Shown here: positions 55,525 to 64,000 of the stretch, in pieces
How the letters are laid out: every line of letters begins with the position of its first letter
How positions within the stretch are numbered: position 1 is the stretch's first letter
Notes under the pieces: generated by a model
Seen by the model: the letters and a program-made list of their open reading frames with translations, nothing else
Database searches by the model: none
What the model was told of the DNA's origin: nothing
Position numbers and translations under genes: made by a program
Assembly: GCF_006345805.1 (NCBI RefSeq)
Contig: NC_043010.1
Span: 21,576,001-21,640,000 of the forward strand
Direction: 5' to 3'
DNA length: 64,000 bases
From: Octopus sinensis
Lineage: Eukaryota

Positions 55525-55995
55525 TTAATACGGCGAGCCGGACGAAATTCCAAGGAGCATTTCATCCGTATTTACTTTCTAGGTTTACATTCTGTCGAGA
55601 TCGATTTTGCCTTTCGTAGTCGAGAAAATAAGTGCCAGTTGAGCATGGGGATCGATATAACCGACTCACCCCTTTCCCTCGGAATTGTTGACCTTGTGAT
55701 AAGATTTGAGACGAATATCTTAACCACGACAACTTCCTAGTTCATGTTACTCACATGTCAATTACTAAAAACAGTTAGCCGGCAGAAACGTTAGCACGCC
55801 GGACGAAATGCTTAGCGGTATTTCGCCCGTCGCTACGTTCTGAGTTCAAATTTTGCCGAGATCGATTGTCTTTCCTCCTCTCGGGTTCGATAAATTAAGT
55901 ACCAGTGAAACATTGGGGTCGATGTAATCGACTAGTCTCCCTTCCCCAAGAATTTCAAACCTTGTGTCAATAGTAGAAAGGATTATTATTATTAT
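55525..55995 (+). mobile_element. Two head-to-tail SINE family 1 copies ending in an (ATT)n tail
   Basis: Heads at about 55530 and 55778; tail ccttgtgtcaatagtagaaaggattattatt. Confidence 0.8.
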
Positions 55996-55999
55996 TATT

Positions 56000-56424
56000 A
56001 TTACTCTTTACTCTTTTACTCTTTTACTTGTTTCAGTCATTTGACTGCGGCCATGCTGGAGCACCGCCTTTAATCGAGCAACTCGACCCCGGGACTTATT
56101 CTTTTGTAAGCCCAGTACTTATTCTATCGGTCTGTTTTGCCGAACCGCTAAGTGACGGGGACGTAAACACACCAGCATCGGTTGTCAAGCAATGCTAGGG
56201 AGACAAACACAGACACACAAACACACACACACATACATATATATATATACACATATATACGACAGGCTTCTTTCAGTTTTCGTCTACCAAATCCACTCAC
56301 AAGGCATTGGTCGTCTCGAGGCTATAGCAGAAGACACTTGCCCAAGATGCCACGCAGTGGGACTGAACCCGGAACCATGTGGTTGGTCAGCAAGCTACTT
56401 ACCACACAGCCACTCCTGCGCCTA

Positions 56425-56425
<1 letters not shown>
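56000..56425 (-). mobile_element. SINE family 2, full length and young
   Basis: Near-consensus head (gtggctgtgtggtaag, ggttcagtccc) and (AAGAGTA)n tail; flanked by (ATT)n on both sides. Confidence 0.92.
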
Positions 56426-56467
<42 letters not shown>

Positions 56468-56468
56468 G

Positions 56469-57045
56469 AGTGAGAGAGCAGTTCATGCCATCAAAGTGAC
56501 ACTGGGGTAAAATATACGAAGCCCAATATACCCATCATGACTACCTGTCTGATAAGGGTACACCAGGCACATGCATCACAACCATATGTGCGCGACATGG
56601 TGATCTCATATCAAGATAAATAGCACATGACCTTGCAGGTGGGGCCCAGTTAGAATTTTCTTCTGGTCAAGTAACCCATCCCGCTCAAAAGGTCCCAGAA
56701 TAAGAGTTGTTTAAGGATGTTGAAAGAACCACCCATGTTTCCAGAGGTGAATTATTCAAACCCCAAAGAATCCCTCTCAACACATGGCTATGATGCTCCC
56801 CCACTACTTCTGCTCGTGATCAGAGATGCACATATCGTCAGCCACTAAGGGACGTGCTCAACTGGTTAAGGTCAAACAACTGACAAGCAAATCTGTGGTA
56901 TTGAGCAGAATATTTGCTGTAGCCCATCTTTTATACCAAGACAAAACAATGTACATGATAACACTTCCAATCAGTTAAGATCAGAAGCCATGAGAGCCAC
57001 TGCCTGGTACTGCATCAGGGTACTTGGTACTGCATCAGGGCACTT
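56469..57045. mobile_element. About 575-bp non-coding insertion embedded in (TAT)n
   Basis: Higher-GC unique block flanked on both sides by (TAT)n; terminal 16-bp duplication tggtactgcatcaggg at about 57005 and 57025. No ORF in the track. Confidence 0.55.
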
Positions 57046-57065
57046 TATTATTATTATTATTATTT

Positions 57066-57455
57066 ATGAAGCTGGCAGAATCGTTAGCACGCCGGACGAA
57101 ATGCCTAGCGGTATTTCGTTTGCCGCTACATTCTGAGTTCAAATTCCGCCGAGGTCGACTTTGCCTTTCATCCTTTCGGGTCGATTATGTAAGTACCAGT
57201 TACGCACTGGGGTCGATATAATCGACTTAATCCGTTTGTCTGTCCTTGTTTGTCCTCTCTTTGTTTAGCCCCTTGTGGGTAGCAAAGAAATAAGTATTTC
57301 ATTTTACTGCTATGTTCTGAGTTCAAATTCTGCCGAGGTTGAATTTGGCCTTCATCTTTTCGAGGTCGATTAAATAAGTAACAGTTACGCACTGGAGTGG
57401 ATGTAAACGACTTACCCTCCCCACAGATTTCAAGCCTCGTGCCTATAATAAAATG
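57066..57455 (+). mobile_element. SINE family 1 dimer, followed by (ATT)n at about 57455-57645
   Basis: Head + core + B-unit + core + terminal tail. Confidence 0.9.
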
Positions 57456-57490
<35 letters not shown>

Positions 57491-57491
57491 C

Positions 57492-57532
<41 letters not shown>

Positions 57533-57552
57533 TATTATTATTATTATTATTA

Positions 57553-57641
<89 letters not shown>

Positions 57642-57651
57642 CATTACTTTG

Positions 57652-57850
57652 AAGGCGGTTAGGTAGCAGAATCGTTGGCTAGCAGGACGAAATACTTAGC
57701 GGTATTTCGCCCGTCGCTACGTTCTGAGTTCAAATTCGGCCGGGGTCGACTTTGCTTTTCATCCTTTCAGAAATCCTGGGTCGCTGTCATGGACTAGTCC
57801 CCTCCCACAACATTTGAAGCATTGTGCCTCCAGGAAAAAGCATTATTATT
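57652..57850 (+). mobile_element. SINE family 1 monomer
   Basis: Head ggcggttaggtagcagaatcg, core and terminal tail. Confidence 0.8.
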
Positions 57851-57852
57851 AT

Positions 57853-58072
57853 TTTGATGAAAACTTACTACTTATTTTGCAGAATACGAGGGAAAGTATT
57901 AGTTGTCCACAGCCAGTAGACTAAGGTGACCCTTGTTTACTGGTTATGTTTAAAGAATCCTGTGGAGAACTCTTGCAGTTCCAGGCAATAATGATTTTTG
58001 GAGGTGTTCTAGCTTTACATTTGTACTTGTCCTTTTGAGCCAGGCTGGTTGCTGAGTGCTCATACTTCCAAT
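57853..58072 (-). mobile_element. R4/Dong-type LINE extreme 3' end, 5'-truncated
   Basis: Minus frame QQPAWLKRTSTNVKLEHLQKSLLPGTARVLHRIL* matches the RLE-LINE C-terminus (QK..LLGTARILR.VL). The 3'UTR ends in (TAA)n on the element strand. Confidence 0.7.
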
Positions 58073-58510
<438 letters not shown>

Positions 58511-60333
58511 AAAAGGCAGTGAGCTGGCAGAATCGTTAACAGGCCGAACAAAATGCTTAGCTGCATTTCGTCCGTTTTCACGTCCTTAGATCAGGACATG
58601 AAGGTCCACTTTGCCTTTAATCCTATCGGGATCGACGAAATATGTAGCGTTGGGGGTCGATCATTCCACCGCAATATCAGGCGTCGTAACTATGATAGAA
58701 ACATGACAATAGGAGGACTGACAGAATTGTTAGTGTCAGGTGAGTGGGGTTGACTACTACTTGCAAAATTTGTTCCAGCTCGTTACCATTCGATTCCAAA
58801 TCCCGCCTTGGCCAACATCGCCTTCCAACCTTTATCGTGATCGTTAAAATAAAGTACGAATCAAGTACCGTAGCCGATGGTATTGACTCAGTCCTCCTCC
58901 TAAAACTGCTAACTTTGTCCCTACATTAGAAATGATTATTATCTGAAAAACTTTTACTGATGTCATGAATAAAACAAAAATCGAATATTAATCTCTGAAC
59001 GCCATTATCAAGTGTAACTATGATGGTGTAAGTCTTCATTGCAAACGTGTTGTTTTGTTGATTTGTTCAGTTTTTCTGAAAATTACTGCACGTGTATTTT
59101 TGGTGAAATTTTACTACTTTAAAAATATTACCATTAAATAAATGTGATATATATTTTTTACCCTAATTTTGTTGTGGCAATATTCAGTATAGTCTAAGTT
59201 TAACTTGTCACCAATTCTAAAAAGAGCGACATTAATGCAGAGTACATTTCTATTAATCGTATCTCTGATGTTGCAGGAATTCTACGTTGTACTTAAATTA
59301 TGTTGAATGTGTTTTTAAACTTAGAGAAAAAAGAAAAAAAAAAGAACAAAGCGGGATAGGTATTTAATATAATATTAAACAATAATAATATAAGGAAGAA
59401 ATAATCTCTCAAAAGATTTGCCAACAGTCTATAGTTTTAACATAGTCAGCCATATTGGAATTCAAAGGTGTTGAATAGTTTAAATTTATTTAAATGCTTG
59501 TTTTATTTTGCTTACTTTTACTTCATACCCATAACTGCTGAATAGTCATAGAGATAGGCGCATTTTAAGCATCTCATAGTAATAGGAAGCATATTCCTGT
59601 AACCATAATGCATTTACGAAAATAACTATTCGTAAGAATCTCGGAGAAGATTACAGCTTCCATATCGACTAATGACATATAATATCTGGTATTTCCACGT
59701 GCGCCATATCTTAAATTATAGATGTTTCCGCTTTCAACGTTTAGGTCGACAATGTCTTATCGTAATTAAATTTTTGTTTTGATATTATTATACTTTATTG
59801 AAGTTTATTTTCGTTTTAGAAATGATACAAAATTTCAGTGATAGGAATCAATAGTTGATGGTCAATGGTGTTAAATGCTAACAATGTATTATTCATAAAT
59901 GTAGAAGCAGACATTTTAAAATTGCATATTATCTCCGTACTGTAGTTTAACACGTCATGCTAACATCATGTACTGATATTTAGAGTTACAGTTGACAGAA
60001 ACGTCTGCTGTGTAGAACTAGCAGCCGATAAATTTCTGTCTTCTCTATTAATTGAAATATACACGAAAGATATACATTTTGAATATTGGCCAAGAGATAA
60101 ATGTTTGTTAATGTGATACACACTGCACAGAATTAATTTTTCAATAAAAACTGCATTTAAATATACCTTGCGTACACGGGTAGTGTAAACAAATAAAAAC
60201 TTTATTATAAAGCTACGTGTTCAGAATATTATATAAGTTTATTTATTACGTGGTTTCGAAATGTTTTAATTCTCCTTCGCTTCTTGAAATTAAATGATAG
60301 TTATAGCCAAAAACGTAAGCACAAAATTGGTGC

Positions 60334-60334
<1 letters not shown>

Positions 60335-60419
<85 letters not shown>

Positions 60420-60428
60420 GTCTATCTG

Positions 60429-60512
<84 letters not shown>
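60335..60512. repeat. (TATC)n microsatellite
   Basis: Directly visible. Confidence 0.97.
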
Positions 60513-60513
<1 letters not shown>

Positions 60514-61107
60514 ACACGCACACACACGCACACACACATGTATGTATGTAAACGTATATGCTTAGAGGTATGGTGAAACGAAAGTGTATATCTCTGCAAA
60601 AGATGATAGCTATGAAGACATTGGACAGCAAATTGTAACATCATACATGATAATCGTAACTATTAAATATATACATAAAACAAGTATATATACTGGCGTA
60701 GTCAATAACAATACTTATATTGTAACATCATACACGATCTTTGGTTTAATATTGTGTAAAAAATATATATTAAGCTTAGATATTATGATTATTGTGAAGT
60801 AATGTTAACCTGTACGGTTAAGTATTTCTTATTCTTTTACCATTTTGCCTATTTTAAAAAAAAACCTTTAATCTACGGTCATGTTGGGATAACATCCTTA
60901 AAGGTTTAGTCGACCACATTGGCTCCGGTACTATATATTTTTTAACGGCTGATACTTGTATCGATCATTTGGTCGAACTACTAGGTCAAGAGAGAAATAA
61001 GCATGATTAAACATAAACAGGTATAAGTATACATTCATATATACACACATACATAATTTATATATACATACATACACACATTCGTACCTACATCCATAAA
61101 CACACAC

Positions 61108-61153
<46 letters not shown>

Positions 61154-61247
61154 GTATGTATATATTATATATATATGATTATATATATATATATACATAT
61201 ATATATGTATATATATATGTATATATATATGTATATATATATGTATA

Positions 61248-61352
<105 letters not shown>

Positions 61353-61864
61353 CATATGCTTGGCTCTTCTCGTTTACAAAGGTTGTTGAAGAAAGAACAT
61401 GAAGATACGCTCTTACTTCAAACTTTCTTTTTACATTTCAAAAAATAGTCATACGGTGGATATTTCAAAAGAAATCTACACTATGTTTTCCAGCTGATGA
61501 CCGGAAACTTTGAGAACAGGAAATCGGAGCTTTTCACTTATTGTGTATTACAGAATTCTCTCTATTTTTTATTTAGGCATGTGATTGTGAATCAACACAA
61601 ATTTACATAGATACATCAATACATACATACATATATACATACGTACATATATACATACAATACAGTCGCAATTATTGAGGACTAAATTTTCCCCTATAGT
61701 TTATATTTGGTCTAGCTGTTTACATTAATGTATGTATGTATGTATGTATGTATATATATATATATATGATATGAAAACAGGAAGATAAGTTTCCCCGACA
61801 TGGAATGGATATCTGAGGACAGAATATTTTGGGGTTAAAATCAAGTTAGAGCGTTATATTTCGG

Positions 61865-62590
61865 GAGAAACGTTAGCACGCTGGGCGAAATGCTTAGCAG
61901 TATTTCGTCTGTCTTTAAGTTCTGAGTTCAAATTCCGCCGGGGTCGACTTTGCCTTTCATCCTTCCGGGGTCGATAAATTAAGCACCAATTGCATATTGT
62001 GGTCGATTTAACCGACTAGGCCACTCCCCCAAAATGTCGGGCCTTAGTCACTGCTTCAAATGAAATGAAATAGTAGAATGGTTAACCAATACATAGAAGA
62101 ATAAAACAAGCTTCTCCATATTGTGTCGTCAATATTAGTTTAGAACAAAAGCAGGGATCTGACACAACACTACGTGCCGAGCTAAATGCTTACCACCTTT
62201 CTGTGCGACTCTACGTCCTGAGTTCAAATTCCGCCGGCGTCAACTTTGCCTTTCATCCTTTAGAGGTCGATAAAACACTAGTTGAGCTCTGGGACCGATG
62301 TAATCGACTTAGCCCCTATTCTGAAATTGGTGGCCTTGAGTCAACGTTTGAAACAAGTATTAGGTTAGAATAAGGCGGCGAGCTGGCAAAATTGTTAAGA
62401 CGCCGGGAAAAACTCTCTGAAGTATTTCTTCCCTCATTAGGTTCAGAGTACAAAACCCGCCTGATTCATCTTTGTCTTTCAACCCACGGGGTCCATAGAA
62501 CAAATACCAGTTGAGCACTGGGGGTTTGGCTTATTCCCTCAGCCCAACTTGCTGGCCTTTGCTCAAAATTTGAAAGCAATATTCAGTTAG
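61865..62590 (+). mobile_element. Train of three SINE family 1 copies of differing divergence
   Basis: Heads or cores at about 61866, 62175 and 62372. Confidence 0.8.
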
Positions 62591-62751
62591 AAAACAGTCA
62601 CACACATTTTTCTTTTTTCTTTTTGTATTTTCATATGGCAGAAAGTTTTAAGCTTGACAGAAGGACGGAGAAATTCATGTATACACATGTAATGGATTTA
62701 GTTCTATTTCTCCTGTTTTTCTAGCATTTCACATACGTGCGCGCGCATGCG

Positions 62752-62797
<46 letters not shown>

Positions 62798-63391
62798 ATA
62801 TATATATATATATATAACGCGTAAACAAAGCCTGAAATATTGCTTGGAGATACGTGGCGTATTGTATAAATATGCATGTTCAAGTGTCATTAAAGTACGA
62901 AAATAACACTTTCGGTTGCGTATTGAATTGATATAGATATATATATGTATATATATTTGCGCGCACATAGACATATGTATAAATGTATGTATGTAGTCGA
63001 AAGGTTGCCACCGCACCCTTTTGCAGCTTACAAACTTCGCACTATCCGAGGTAGTGCTAGTTAAACTTGCTCAAGGTGCCACGCTGTAGTAATTAACCCG
63101 AAATTACGAGGTTAGGAATTTCTTAAGCACGTGACAATGCCTGCACATAGATTAGATCACATCTCCTCCAACTTTCAAATTAATCCCTATAATGGTGATA
63201 AGATGAATTTAGCCTCAGCAAAATTATAATATATCGTATTAGAAGAGAGTGGATGTTGTACATGAGAACTTGATATTATTGTCTTTATAATTAATTCCTG
63301 TGGCAATTAGAGTAAAGAAATGTATTATGCGTTTATAATGATCTGGGGAGAGAATGATCTCAATAATTAAAGAACAACTGCAGATCTGTTA

Positions 63392-63815
63392 TCTTGTTTC
63401 AGTCATTAGATTGTGGCCATGCTGGGGCACCACTTTGAAGAATTTTTAGTCTAATGAATCGACATTAGTGCTTATATTTTTATTTTAAACCTAGTACTTA
63501 CGCTATCGTTGTCTTGGAATGAACCGTTAAGTTACGCAGACGTAAACACACCAGCACCGGCTGTTATGTGATGGGGGAAACACAGACAAAGAGGCATACA
63601 CATTTACACACAAATACAGTCAAACAGAGACACACACATACACACATACTCATACACATACATACACATATACATATATGTACATAATGGGCTTCTTTCA
63701 GTTTCCGTTTACCAAATCCACTCACAAGGCTTGGATCAGCCCGAGTACATAGCAAAAGACACTCGCTCAAGGTGCCACGCCAATGGACTGAACCCGCAAC
63801 CATGTGGTTGGGAAG
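63392..63815 (-). mobile_element. SINE family 2, degenerate
   Basis: ttgtttcagtcattagattgtggccatgctggggcacc...gactgaacccgcaaccatgtggttgggaagc. Confidence 0.8.
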
Positions 63816-63906
63816 CAATTTGTTTTCTTTTTATCACACATCCAAGTCTGTGTTTGCATATATCAATAATAGATATAATTCAAAATATGAAGTCGTAGAA
63901 ATATTA

Positions 63907-64000
63907 AAGGCGGCGAGCTGGCAGAAACGTTAGCACGCCGGGCGAAATGCTTAGCAGTATTTCGCCTGTCTTTACGTTCTGAGTTCAAATTCCACCGAGA
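63907..64000 (+). mobile_element. SINE family 1 head, cut by the window end
   Basis: ggcggcgagctggcagaaacgttagcacgccgggcgaaatgcttagc...gagttcaaattcc. Confidence 0.9.

Noticed and set aside
63907-64000. tRNA-like A/B boxes here and in other SINE heads
   Set aside because: Extended A-B spacing, no complete cloverleaf, and each continues into a SINE body, so these are not tRNA genes.

Overview
AT-rich eukaryotic non-coding DNA saturated with microsatellites and transposons. The SINE families and repeat landscape match what I recall of octopus genomes (inference, not a database hit). I could not recognise any host protein-coding exon, rRNA, true tRNA or CRISPR array, so this is probably a large intron or intergenic region. 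Almost all ORFs in the supplied track are microsatellite artefacts or decayed transposon ORFs. Recognisable content: more than 20 loci of a tRNA-derived SINE with a modular, multimerising body and several copies of a second tRNA-derived SINE; remnants of piggyBac, Helitron RepHel, two mariners, a DD41D (rosa-type) Tc1/mariner, RTE, CR1-like and R4/Dong LINEs; two non-autonomous Helitrons; MITEs; a 1.2-kb (CAGAG)n satellite; and two near-perfect tandem duplications bounded by microsatellites. Most interesting: (1) an RTE LINE whose ORF ends in three canonical C2H2 zinc fingers, reconstructed from two copies; (2) four separate fold-back structures, one of which has arms with signs of an unidentified protein-coding sequence; (3) a SINE with a 184-bp internal unit present in 0-3 copies; (4) a CpG-rich mosaic element of unknown identity; (5) a nest of elements inserted into (TAA)n tracts. 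Coordinates were read by eye; repeat boundaries are approximate (about 10-20 bp), and identities are rough manual estimates.
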